32,000 nucleotides of DNA from an uncultured bacterium. Lineage in GTDB: Bacteria; Margulisbacteria; WOR-1; CAVSGV01. Positions within the stretch are counted from its first letter, which is position 1. Each line of letters starts with the position of its first letter. A model generated the notes under the pieces. The model ran no database searches. It was not told the origin of the DNA and saw only the letters and a program-made list of their open reading frames with translations. A program made the position numbers and the translations under genes. This document shows, in pieces, positions 1 to 8,917 of the stretch. The DNA lies in the NCBI GenBank assembly GCA_963699255.1, contig OY969425.1, positions 210,001 through 242,000 of the forward strand, given 5' to 3'.

Positions 1-859
1 ATTGCCTGTGTTCGATATTGCCTTGAGTTGTTAAAGTCATAGCCCTTGTCCATATGCCGTTGATATTGTAGGGGCTTATCATTGAGCCTTTCGGCATACC
101 CGGAAGGTACATAAAGACATGGTCCTGAAATTCCTGGTATCGTTCCTTGCCGAACAGGGGATAAGCCAGGGCTGAAAATTGCTCGTATGAATCGTTCCAT
201 TCAAAGCCGCACGCTCCGCCCATAAAAGCTGCTGCAACGCCCTGACCGCCCGAAAGCCCGCCGTGGACCGTATTATCGTGCCTTGTCGACAGAGTGAAAA
301 TATTCCCTAACGAATAATCGGCTCCGCTTACAATACTTCCGAATATCGTCGCCGCTGCTGTGCTCATGATAGATGATGCCCTTTCTCTGCTTTTAAGCAC
401 CGGAGGGATGGTAAGCGCGGTCATCTTGACCCCTTTAAGCCCGAAATATCCCAGCACCCAGTTGACCGCGGTCCTGTCCTCGAATGTCCCGAAGGGAAGC
501 TCTCCTTTGGTCGTTTTAGTGAAACCGTACGGCAAACTGACGAAGGTGTTCGCCTCAGGATCATCATTGGCTTCAAGCGAGAATCTCCAGCGATAATTGG
601 TCGCAAATGTGCATGTCACGGGATTCACTCCGGACAGAACTCCTTTGTTCGCGATCGCTGCTTTGCACCCCGGAAGATCGACGGATCCGAAAAAATCGAT
701 CCTGCTTGGCATGGTTATGTATATCCTGCCGGTCCCAAGCCACTCCCTTGCCTGCTCCAGAAAGATACGCCCTATTCCATGCAGTTTCCTGCCGTTCAAT
801 CTGCCGTTTTCCAGTCTCTCCGGCACCGGCCCCAGAAAATACGTTTTCCCGATTTCCAA
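1..859 (-). CDS. Divergent GHMP-kinase-superfamily-like protein, partial (runs off the left edge); TTG start, absent from the ORF track
   Basis: Manual reverse-strand translation is open from TTG at 859 to position 1 (about 286 codons). AAGGAG lies 6 nt upstream. Protein begins MEIGKTYFLGPVPERLENGRLNGRKLHGIG... and contains RIDFFGSVDLPG (like GHMP motif 1, R-I-x-F-x-G-x-x-D-L-P) and HDNTVHGGLSGGQG. Confidence 0.6.
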   Translation of the reverse strand, partial: MEIGKTYFLGPVPERLENGRLNGRKLHGIGRIFLEQAREWLGTGRIYITMPSRIDFFGSVDLPGCKAAIANKGVLSGVNPVTCTFATNYRWRFSLEANDDPEANTFVSLPYGFTKTTKGELPFGTFEDRTAVNWVLGYFGLKGVKMTALTIPPVLKSRERASSIMSTAAATIFGSIVSGADYSLGNIFTLSTRHDNTVHGGLSGGQGVAAAFMGGACGFEWNDSYEQFSALAYPLFGKERYQEFQDHVFMYLPGMPKGSMISPYNINGIWTRAMTLTTQGNIEHRQ

Positions 860-874
860 ATGTTTCTCCTTGCT

Positions 875-2440
875 CTATTGTTTGTACGTTACTAATTCCA
901 GCGGCGGCCTTGCAAAACCGTAATTGCCGGTTTGCGCGAGCTCCAAATATCCGTCGCCGTAGATCGGCGCGTTGTCCAACAGGTTATAAGCGATCTCACC
1001 TGTAATAAATCCTGTTGTCCTATTTGCGTCTTCCGCTGTCAGGTATTTGAGTCCTAATTTAGCGTAATTCGCCCGGTTAAGCAGGTCGAGCATCGCGGCT
1101 TTCTCTCCGCCCTCACCCAGGGGGAATGCGGCTCCGCCAAGAGAATGGATCTTATCGATGAAAGCCTTTTGTCCTTCATTCCCGTGATACGCGGGGCAGC
1201 ATTTCCATCTTCTAATGGAATGTTCCCTGTAAGCTTTCGCGACTTCCGAAAAATTCAGGCTTCCGCCATTTGAGCCTTCTATGAACGGGGAAACTTCTCT
1301 GCCGGTTATTTCAAATTGATCCATATATACATTGTTAAATGCAGGATCATCGGCCTGTCTGCACCAAGTATCGTTTATAGGAGCTCTTTTCACGTTTTCA
1401 GCAGGCCTGTTGAAAAGTACAAGATGCATGTTATCTTTAATGTTGCGGTGATGACCTTGAAGGTCCAGGCGTCTTGCCATGCCGCCGAATATTCCGGGAG
1501 CGTTCATGATAGATAAATGGCCTCCTGATACTACCTGTTGGGCTTCCTGGAATCCGGTTTCCCTGTCGAATTTATATTTTTCAATATATCCGCCCTGGCT
1601 GAATATAGTCCCAAGGTCCGCGCCCGTATTCAGAAGAAAATGCAGGCTTGTTAATGACTTGAACACCAGAAGATTTGACATTCCCATTCCGCCGAGAGCG
1701 GTCAAGGGATTATAATCGGTCATATGAAGTGCAAGGCCTGAAAGGCCTGCCTGAGAATACAAGTACGGGAATACATATGAAAGAGGGGCCGGTTGAAAGT
1801 CTCCGCCGTCCTTGGATATCTCGACCATGCCTCTGCTGTCAAGTCGGAATTTGTCGGTCTTTCTGTTGAAAGTTACCTGTTCTTTCATGAATTTCCCAGC
1901 GTCATAGACCAGAGTATCCGGATCATCAGATACTGTGATTTTAAAAGTAGGGCCAAAATCGCATCCCAAGATCGAACATCCCGGAAGGTTCAGAAGATTT
2001 TTCATCGATGGGTCCATCATATCAGTTTCGGTGATGCTGAATCCGGTTTTCCAGAGATTGGCGTATACTAAGTTTGCCATCGATCTAAGGTCATATGACG
2101 ATCTCATGTCAAAAAGCCTCTGCGAGAGTTGTAATGACAGGGGAGATGATAATGTTTTAACATCCTGCATGATCCTTTTAGCGGTAGCAGGATCTGCCGC
2201 TTTGATATCAAGGCCTTCTTTGATCCTTATTTTCCCCGTGTATATATCATTCATGATACTGGCGGCTAATTTCGGAGATGTGATCTTAAATCCTCCTTGT
2301 TCGGTCGCTTTTACTTTACAAAATCCTATTTCCTTCAATATCGGGTCTTGAAATGCATTCCAATACAGAGTCAAAGCCTTAAATTGCCCTGGCGGGGTCT
2401 TTAACCCTTTGAACTTTGTCCCTTCAATCTTGATAGCCAT
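875..2440 (-). CDS. Divergent GHMP-kinase-like protein, 521 aa, function unknown
   Basis: Long ORF with good SD (AAAAGGAGGAAAAGAAAATG). TDYNPLTALGGMGMSNLLVFKSLTSL resembles the glycine-rich GHMP motif 2; FDRETGFQEAQQVVSGGH resembles the GGWQDQ-type segment of sugar kinases. Stop is 15 nt from the next gene. Confidence 0.55.
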   Translation of the reverse strand: MAIKIEGTKFKGLKTPPGQFKALTLYWNAFQDPILKEIGFCKVKATEQGGFKITSPKLAASIMNDIYTGKIRIKEGLDIKAADPATAKRIMQDVKTLSSPLSLQLSQRLFDMRSSYDLRSMANLVYANLWKTGFSITETDMMDPSMKNLLNLPGCSILGCDFGPTFKITVSDDPDTLVYDAGKFMKEQVTFNRKTDKFRLDSRGMVEISKDGGDFQPAPLSYVFPYLYSQAGLSGLALHMTDYNPLTALGGMGMSNLLVFKSLTSLHFLLNTGADLGTIFSQGGYIEKYKFDRETGFQEAQQVVSGGHLSIMNAPGIFGGMARRLDLQGHHRNIKDNMHLVLFNRPAENVKRAPINDTWCRQADDPAFNNVYMDQFEITGREVSPFIEGSNGGSLNFSEVAKAYREHSIRRWKCCPAYHGNEGQKAFIDKIHSLGGAAFPLGEGGEKAAMLDLLNRANYAKLGLKYLTAEDANRTTGFITGEIAYNLLDNAPIYGDGYLELAQTGNYGFARPPLELVTYKQ

Positions 2441-2465
2441 TTTCTTTTCCTCCTTTTATTTTATA

Positions 2466-3624
2466 TCATTGACCCGTTATTATTTTATAGGTCAACATGA
2501 AATTCTTTTCCAGGCCATTTTCCCCATTGTCCGTTATCGCTTGTATTATGCCGATCTTTTCACTGTCCGACGCGCCTTCCGTCGCGAAACGTATCGAAAC
2601 ATAGTTGGCCAGAAGCCATGTTAGCCAGGCGTGTGTGGCATCCGGGCCTGCTCCAGCCTTTATTATCCTTTCAAGTACAGGGATATTCGTTCTGGTCGGG
2701 ATTAACAGCGAAAATTATCGCATTTTCATCTTTGATCACCGGGAGATCGTTCCCCACATGGCTGCCCTTCATATATACGGAATCGCCAAAATACAACAGC
2801 GTTGATATCCCAAGCTCATTTCTGAAGTGTCTCGTCCCGTTGTCTTTTGCGGCCGATAAATGGTTGATGTCAATGGAGAATTGCCCGCCGGGTTCGAATC
2901 TGTATCGTTCGAATATCTCATGCGGTATATTTTCTGACGCCGCCAGAATGACATCTTCGCGCACATCTCCCGGAACAGCCACCCAGCTTAACTGCGTCTT
3001 ATTTCTAACCTCAAAAATAGGGGTGTATGTATGATATAATTCATTGCGTCCGCCGCTGGGACGAATGATGTATGGCTCTTCTCTGTGCATAAAATCCGGT
3101 CCAATTGCGGATTGTATCGGCGTCTTAAAAGCTTTCTCGATCGCGAAAATGTGATCGTCAGGGAATAAATATTGCTTGGCATATTCTTCGCTTACATCCC
3201 CAAGTATTTGTCCAAATTTGTCATAAACTTCAAGCCATGTTGAATTTTGCGCGTACGCGCGAAACCGTTCCATAGCATCAAGCTTGCTGAATCTTTCTAA
3301 TCTTTCGCGGTACCCCTTAACGCACAATAAATCGATATATGAAGGCTTGTTGCCGGTGAAAATGCCGATAGGCAGCCCGATCATGCCAAGTGCAGCCATG
3401 GGATCGATTACCCTGCTCCTGTCAATTTGAAGCGATGGAAAATACCTTTTTATTTCATCAGTGTTTACCATTGTGCGGTCAAAATCCATTCCGAGGCCAA
3501 ACCTATTAGCCTTTATATCATTGATTATCCTATTGTGAATATGGGGGGGCAATCTGAACGGACCCATATTATTTAGAGGGTGTTTTGTGCACGACCTTTG
3601 TATATCTTCAAATCTTATGCTCAT
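2466..3624 (-). CDS. HAD-superfamily hydrolase-like protein interrupted by a 1-nt frameshift near 2690 (track shows 2671..3624 only)
   Basis: HAD motifs: MDFDRTMVNT (DxDxT), IGIFTGNK, AAKDNGTRHF (Lys), YFGDSVYMKGSHVGNDLPVI (GD...GND). After the stop at 2671 the -1 frame continues with clearly protein-like sequence (NIPVLERIIKAGAGPDATHAWLTWLLANYVSIRFATEGASDSEKIGIIQAITDNGENGLEKNFMLTYKIITGQ*). Confidence 0.65.
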
Positions 3625-3768
3625 ATTTTTGCTTTTGTATAACTGTTTATTTATCGGTAATCCGCAGGGGGAATTTCACTTTTAAGAGAAAAACTTCATA
3701 ACTTTTCTGAGGATGTAAAAGCCGGACATTCTCTTGCCGGGAGAATATCTGGCGAAAAGGTCTTGTAG

Positions 3769-3797
3769 TTGACAAAATCACTCAACAATAGTATTAT
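3769..3797 (+). promoter_or_regulatory. Sigma70-like promoter for the Rrf2/isc run
   Basis: TTGACA (3769-3774), 17-nt spacer, TATTAT (3792-3797), 7 nt before ATG at 3805. Confidence 0.6.
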
Positions 3798-3804
3798 TTA
3801 CGCT

Positions 3805-4251
3805 ATGAAGCTGACCTCAAAAGTGCGCTACGCCGTGATCGCGATGTGCGACCTGGCGGTCAATTATGATCCGGACAGACCGGTTCAGGTCAAAGATATC
3901 GCGTTGCGCCAGCATATTTCGGTCCTATATATCGAACAGCTTTTCAACAAGCTTAAAAGGGCGAAGCTGATCAGATCGATACGCGGACCCCGGGGGGGAT
4001 ATGTGCTGGCTGATAAACCTTCAAAGATCAAGATCGGGGACATTTTCAGGGTCGTTGAAGGCCGTATCGCTCTTGTTGGTTGTGTTGACAGGGGGGATGC
4101 CCGGGTAAGCTGTGCTATGTCCGGCCATTGTTCCACGAAACCGTTATGGGCGAAATTGTCCAGGCTCATCGAGAATGTCCTGGATTCGACCACACTGGCT
4201 GACCTTTGCTTGCCTAACCAGGCAGGCAGGAAAGGAGGGGGAGCTGAATGA
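3805..4251 (+). CDS. Rrf2-family transcriptional regulator (IscR-like)
   Basis: MKLTSKVRYAVIAMCDLAV...RGPRGGYVLADKPSKIKIGDIFRVVEG and a Cys cluster GCVDRGDARVSCAMSGHC; directly precedes a cysteine desulfurase gene. Track start is TTG at 3769. Confidence 0.88.
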   Translation: MKLTSKVRYAVIAMCDLAVNYDPDRPVQVKDIALRQHISVLYIEQLFNKLKRAKLIRSIRGPRGGYVLADKPSKIKIGDIFRVVEGRIALVGCVDRGDARVSCAMSGHCSTKPLWAKLSRLIENVLDSTTLADLCLPNQAGRKGGGAE

Positions 4252-5408
4252 AGTCTATATATATGGATTATGCGGCAACCACGCCGACACATCCCGAAGT
4301 TCTTGAGGCGATGAAGCCGTATTTTTATGAGATCTTCGGGAATCCTTCAAGCATCCATTCATATGGAAGAGAAGCAAAGAAAGCGATCGATGCCGCGAGG
4401 GATAATATTGCCGGCTTTATCGGGGCAAGATCGGCTGAGATCATATTCACTTCAGGGGGTACCGAATCGGACAACTTCGCTCTTGAAGGCATCGCTTATG
4501 CGAACGAAAAGAAGGGGAATCACATAATATCGACGCCGATCGAGCACCACGCCGTCACGAACTGCCTGGCGTTCCTGAAAAAGAGAGGGTTTGAGGTCAC
4601 ATATGTCCCCGTTGACGGCACGGGACTGGTGGATCCCGAAGATATCAGGAAAGCCATGACAGATAAGACTATCCTTGTATCTGTCATGCACGCGAACAAT
4701 GAGATCGGGACGATCGAACCGATCGCGGAAATAGGGAAGATATGCAGGGAGAGAGGGGTCTATTTCCATACCGACGCGGTCCAGACATTCGGGCATATGC
4801 CGATAAACGTGGCTGAACTGAACATCGACCTTCTTTCGGCTTCCGCTCACAAGCTCTACGGGCCGAAAGGCGTTGGCTTGCTCTATGTTAAAAAAGGCAC
4901 AAAGATCGTTCCGTATCTCCATGGGGGCGAACAGGAAGGCGGAAGAAGGGCTTCAACGGAGAACGTGCCGGGGATCGCGGGATTTGCAAAAGCCGTTGAT
5001 ATCGCAAAAGGAGAAATGAAGGAGCTTGACGGCAGGCTGATAAAGTTAAGGGATAAATTGATCAAAGGTATTCTATCAAATATCGAAGACTCCCGTCTTA
5101 ACGGACATCCGACGAAGAGGCTGTCAAATAACGTCAATGTCAGCATCAGTTATATCGAAGGAGAGTCTATGCTTTTGAGATTGGATATGGAAGGCATAGC
5201 GGGGTCGACCGGATCGGCGTGCAGCTCGGGTTCGCTTGAGCCTTCGCATGTGCTTCTGTCGATCGGGCTGCCGCATGAAGTAGCCCATTCATCGCTAAGG
5301 CTGACACTGGGAAGATGGACGACCGAAAAGGAGATCGATAGGGTTTTGGAAATTTTGCCCGGGATCGTTGCAAAGTTAAGGGAAATGTCGCCCTTAAAAA
5401 GGGAATGA
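4248..5408 (+). CDS. iscS: Cysteine desulfurase
   Basis: MKSIYMDYAATTPTHPEV...SGGTESDNFAL...TPIEHHAV...HKLYGPKG...GSACSSGSLEPSHVL; 4-nt ATGA overlap with the upstream gene. Confidence 0.95.
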   Translation: MKSIYMDYAATTPTHPEVLEAMKPYFYEIFGNPSSIHSYGREAKKAIDAARDNIAGFIGARSAEIIFTSGGTESDNFALEGIAYANEKKGNHIISTPIEHHAVTNCLAFLKKRGFEVTYVPVDGTGLVDPEDIRKAMTDKTILVSVMHANNEIGTIEPIAEIGKICRERGVYFHTDAVQTFGHMPINVAELNIDLLSASAHKLYGPKGVGLLYVKKGTKIVPYLHGGEQEGGRRASTENVPGIAGFAKAVDIAKGEMKELDGRLIKLRDKLIKGILSNIEDSRLNGHPTKRLSNNVNVSISYIEGESMLLRLDMEGIAGSTGSACSSGSLEPSHVLLSIGLPHEVAHSSLRLTLGRWTTEKEIDRVLEILPGIVAKLREMSPLKRE

Positions 5409-5545
5409 CAAAATCCAAATGACAAAAATCAAATTAATCGATCAAATTCAAATCAAAGACAAAATGGTTTCTTGATTTGTCATTTATCGATTCATTTGAC
5501 ATTTGATATTGGTCATTTGTTATTTGATTTATAAAGGAGGTTTTT
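5409..5545. repeat. AT-rich imperfect inverted repeat built of AAATGACAAA / TTTGTCATTT units
   Basis: Repeated aatgacaaa, atttgtcattt, catttgacattt and ggtcatttgttattt between iscS and iscU; the same units recur at 23758-23868. Confidence 0.6.
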
Positions 5546-5965
5546 ATGCCGGGTGGTTATTCAAATAAAGTAATGGATCATTTTGCGCATCCGAGGAACG
5601 TGGGGGTGATTGAGAACCCGTCCGGGGTCGGCAAGGTCGGGAATCCCGTATGCGGGGATATCATGGAGCTTTTCATAAAAGTTGAAAAGGGGAAGATAAC
5701 GGACGCCAAATTCAGGACGTTCGGCTGCGGAGCCGCTATTGCGACAAGTTCAATGGTGACGGAAATGGTAAAAGGAAAGACCATTGAAGAAGCTCTTCAA
5801 TTAACAAATAAAGCTGTTGCGGATGCTCTCGACGGGCTGCCCCCGGTCAAGATGCACTGCTCTGTTCTTGCCGAAGACGCGTTGAGATCCGCCATCGATG
5901 ATTACTTAAAGAAAACAACAGGAAAGGGGCTTCCGGGGTTCAAACCGCATGAAGAGCACGATTAA
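5546..5965 (+). CDS. iscU: Fe-S cluster scaffold protein, IscU/NifU N-terminal type
   Basis: MPGGYSNKVMDHFAHPRNVGVIENPSGVGKVGNPVCGDIM...FGCGAAIATSSMVTEMVKG...PPVKMHCSVLAEDAL; SD AAAGGAGG. Confidence 0.93.
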   Translation: MPGGYSNKVMDHFAHPRNVGVIENPSGVGKVGNPVCGDIMELFIKVEKGKITDAKFRTFGCGAAIATSSMVTEMVKGKTIEEALQLTNKAVADALDGLPPVKMHCSVLAEDALRSAIDDYLKKTTGKGLPGFKPHEEHD

Positions 5966-7013
5966 CCATGCCTGCCGGCAGGCAGGAAAAGTTGTCATCG
6001 CCATGTCCGGCGGAGTGGACAGTTCTGTTGCCGCGGCTCTGCTCAAGGATGCGGGCTATGATGTTATTGGAATCACCATGCAGATCTGGTCCGGCAAGAA
6101 GGACGGCAGCTGCTGCTCTTTGTCCGCGGTAGAGGATGCCCGAAGGGTCGCTAACAAGCTCGGCATCCCTTATTACGTACTGAATTTCAAGCAAATATTC
6201 AAACGCACGGTCATCGATGATTTTATTTCCGAGTATGACAGGGGCAGGACGCCGAACCCGTGCGTACGCTGCAACCGGTACGTCAAATTCGGCGCTCTGC
6301 TGAAGAGAGTGAAAGAACTTGGAGCGGATCATATCGCAACAGGTCATTATGCGAGGATCGAAAAAACAAATGACAGGTATATCCTTAAGAAAGGCGTCGA
6401 TCCCAAAAAAGATCAATCATATTTTCTTTATCCCCTGGGCCAGGAAGCTTTATCAAAGACTATTTTTCCCGTGGGGCATCTTACAAAGAATGAGGTAAGA
6501 AAGCTGGCTAAAAAGTTCGGTCTTCAGGTCGCCGATAAGAAAGAAAGCCAGGATATCTGCTTCATTGAAGGCGCGATCGGGGACATGTTCCCTCTAAAGG
6601 AAGGCAAAATAATCGATCTGGAAGGCAACATTATCGGTAAACACGAAGGTTACCAGCTATATACTGTGGGGCAGAGAAGAGGGTTAGGGCTTTCAAGGAA
6701 AAATCCCGCCTATGTGGCAAAAATCGACCCGAAAAGGAACGAAATAACGGTCGGCGACAGGGGTGACGTTTTTGGTGATGATTTAACTGCCGTCAAGTTG
6801 AACTGGATCTCCGGGAAACAAGTTCATTCACCAATGAAGGTAATGGCAAAGATCAGGTATAACAGTCCGGAGTCCGAGGCTAAAATTTTGCCTTTATCTC
6901 AAGGGAAAATCAGGGTGACGTTTAATAAGCCTCAATTTGCGATAACCCCCGGCCAATCAGTTGTATTTTATGATGGCGATGTCGTTGTCGGCGGTGGTAT
7001 AATCCAACAATGA
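5949..7013 (+). CDS. mnmA: tRNA-specific 2-thiouridylase
   Basis: VVIAMSGGVDSSVAAALLKDAGYDVIGITMQIW; PNPCVRCNRYVKFGAL; ATGHYARI; QDICFI; GQRRGLGLS. Overlaps the end of iscU by 17 nt. Confidence 0.95.
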   Translation: MKSTINHACRQAGKVVIAMSGGVDSSVAAALLKDAGYDVIGITMQIWSGKKDGSCCSLSAVEDARRVANKLGIPYYVLNFKQIFKRTVIDDFISEYDRGRTPNPCVRCNRYVKFGALLKRVKELGADHIATGHYARIEKTNDRYILKKGVDPKKDQSYFLYPLGQEALSKTIFPVGHLTKNEVRKLAKKFGLQVADKKESQDICFIEGAIGDMFPLKEGKIIDLEGNIIGKHEGYQLYTVGQRRGLGLSRKNPAYVAKIDPKRNEITVGDRGDVFGDDLTAVKLNWISGKQVHSPMKVMAKIRYNSPESEAKILPLSQGKIRVTFNKPQFAITPGQSVVFYDGDVVVGGGIIQQ

Positions 7014-7041
7014 CCAATTAACAATTACACAATGAACAATT

Positions 7042-7944
7042 ATGGAAGATATAATTAGTAAAATAAACAAGTTGAAGAAAGAAAAAAACGCAGTGATACT
7101 GGCTCATAATTACCAGCTGCCGGAGATCCAGGACATCGCTGATTTTGTGGGGGATTCGCTGGGGCTCTCCATAGAAGCGTCCAAAACCGATGCCGAGATG
7201 ATAGTTTTCTGCGGAGTGAACTTTATGGCGGAGACCGCAGCCATAATATGCCCCGATAAGAAAATTGTTATACCCGATGTGAACGCCGGATGCCCGATGG
7301 CCGATATGATAAAAGTGCAGGACGTCAGAAGGCTGAAGGCCCAACATCCCGGCCATGTTGTTGTTGCTTACATAAATACGACGGCTGATGTAAAGGCGGA
7401 ATCGGATTACTGCTGCACTTCCGGGAACGCAGTAAAAGTGGTCGAAAAGCTGCTGGACAAAGAGATCATTTTTATCCCCGACAAATATCTCGGGGATTAT
7501 GTCTCAAGGCAGACGGGGAAGAAAATGGTCCTTTTCAATGGATTTTGCCCGATCCACGTAAGGATTCTTCCGGAGCACATCAAACAGGCCAAGCAGCGGC
7601 ATCCGAAAGCGGTCGTTGTTGTCCATCCGGAGTGTTTGCCGGAAGTTGTCGCGATGGCGGATGAAGTCGCATCTACAGGCGGGATGATAAAGTATGTCAA
7701 AGGATCGCCTTCCCAGGAATTCATAATCGGCACAGAGACCGGGATAATATACCGGCTTCAAAAAGAGAATCCATCAAAGAAATTTTATCCGGCCACGGTT
7801 CTGGCGGTATGTCCGAACATGAAAAGGATAACGCTTGAAAAGGTCCTGTGGTCGCTTGAAGAAAATAAGACCAGGATCACGGTATCAGAAGAGACCGCGA
7901 CAAAGGCAAGACTTGCAATAAATCGAATGCTTCATCTGGTATAA
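7042..7944 (+). CDS. nadA: Quinolinate synthase A
   Basis: AVILAHNYQLPEIQDIADFVGDSLGLS; IVFCGVNFMAETAAI; CCTSGNAVKVV; VVHPECLPEVVAMAD; CPNMKRITLEKV. Confidence 0.95.
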   Translation: MEDIISKINKLKKEKNAVILAHNYQLPEIQDIADFVGDSLGLSIEASKTDAEMIVFCGVNFMAETAAIICPDKKIVIPDVNAGCPMADMIKVQDVRRLKAQHPGHVVVAYINTTADVKAESDYCCTSGNAVKVVEKLLDKEIIFIPDKYLGDYVSRQTGKKMVLFNGFCPIHVRILPEHIKQAKQRHPKAVVVVHPECLPEVVAMADEVASTGGMIKYVKGSPSQEFIIGTETGIIYRLQKENPSKKFYPATVLAVCPNMKRITLEKVLWSLEENKTRITVSEETATKARLAINRMLHLV

Positions 7945-7970
7945 TGATTCTTGGAAACAAAAGAGAATCT

Positions 7971-8028
7971 CCCCTTACCCCCTTTACTAAAGGGGGTGCG
8001 AGTGAAGCGAGCGGGGAATTAAGGGTTA
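7971..8028. repeat. GC-rich palindromic intergenic repeat
   Basis: ACCCCCTTTACTAAAGGGGGT (7977-7997) next to GCGAGTGAAGCGAGC (7998-8012). Related sequences at 15173-15214 and 31490-31515. Confidence 0.6.
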
Positions 8029-8045
8029 TGTAAAACATTATGCAC

Positions 8046-8909
8046 ATGAAAAAAATTATACTTTTTTTGATCGTTACTTCTGTTCTTGCTTCTGTCGCTT
8101 ACACAGCCGATAAAAAATTCGCTTCCACTTACATAAGCGACGGCATCGCGAATTACGAACAGGGGAATTACCTTGAGGCCATTTTGAACTTACGATCCGC
8201 GGGGCAGCTTTCGCCGAACAATCCGGTCACAGTTTACAAATATCTCGGGATGTCTTACAGCCAACTTTCGCTCTGGCAGCAGGCGGTGAAGGAGTTCTGC
8301 AAGATACTATATATCAGCCCCGACGACCCGGAGAGGGGAGCTATCATAAACAAGATACATGACTGGGAAAAGGAAAAAGAATATGTCCCCATGATGGCGA
8401 AATATTCTTTCTACAGCATAAAATATAAGAATAAGATATGGGCAGAACCGAATAATCTGCTTAATTATTTGAGCCTTACCGAAATATACAAATGCAGCGG
8501 CAGATATGAAGAAGCGGAGAACTTTTTTAAAGCGCTTGTTAAAGGCAGGCCCGAAAAGATCGATTTTAAAAAATATTACGCGGAGGTCCTGTTCCTGGAT
8601 AAGAAATACGGTGAAGCGGGGGGGCTCTATGATCAGATCCTTGATGACGAGCCCCTTAATACCGATGCGATCATCGGGTTGAACCTGATATTAAAGAAGC
8701 GTTATGAAGATATTCTTGCCAAGCGGCCCGAGAACGTGCAAACCTATATAAAATTAGCAAGGGTTTTCAGGGACATGAAAAGGTATGAGGATGCCATATC
8801 AGCGTATGGAGCATATTTGGAAAAAGACAGCGCCAATGTCGAGGTAAGAAGAGAAATGGAAGAAACAAATAAGATACTTACTGCCGTCAGCTCCAGCGCC
8901 GCTTTCTGA
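8046..8909 (+). CDS. Secreted tetratricopeptide-repeat protein
   Basis: Signal-like MKKIILFLIVTSVLASVAYTA followed by repeated TPR-like helices (YEEAENFFKALVKGRPEKIDFKKYYAEVLFLDKKYGEA etc.). Confidence 0.8.
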   Translation: MKKIILFLIVTSVLASVAYTADKKFASTYISDGIANYEQGNYLEAILNLRSAGQLSPNNPVTVYKYLGMSYSQLSLWQQAVKEFCKILYISPDDPERGAIINKIHDWEKEKEYVPMMAKYSFYSIKYKNKIWAEPNNLLNYLSLTEIYKCSGRYEEAENFFKALVKGRPEKIDFKKYYAEVLFLDKKYGEAGGLYDQILDDEPLNTDAIIGLNLILKKRYEDILAKRPENVQTYIKLARVFRDMKRYEDAISAYGAYLEKDSANVEVRREMEETNKILTAVSSSAAF

Positions 8910-8917
8910 TCAAAGGA

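Noticed and set aside
360-923. Plus-strand ORFs 360..596 and 597..923
   Set aside because: They overlap a long open minus-strand frame with good SD and kinase-like motifs; no recognisable motifs of their own.
4452-4922. Minus-strand ORF inside iscS
   Set aside because: Wholly antisense to a confidently assigned gene.
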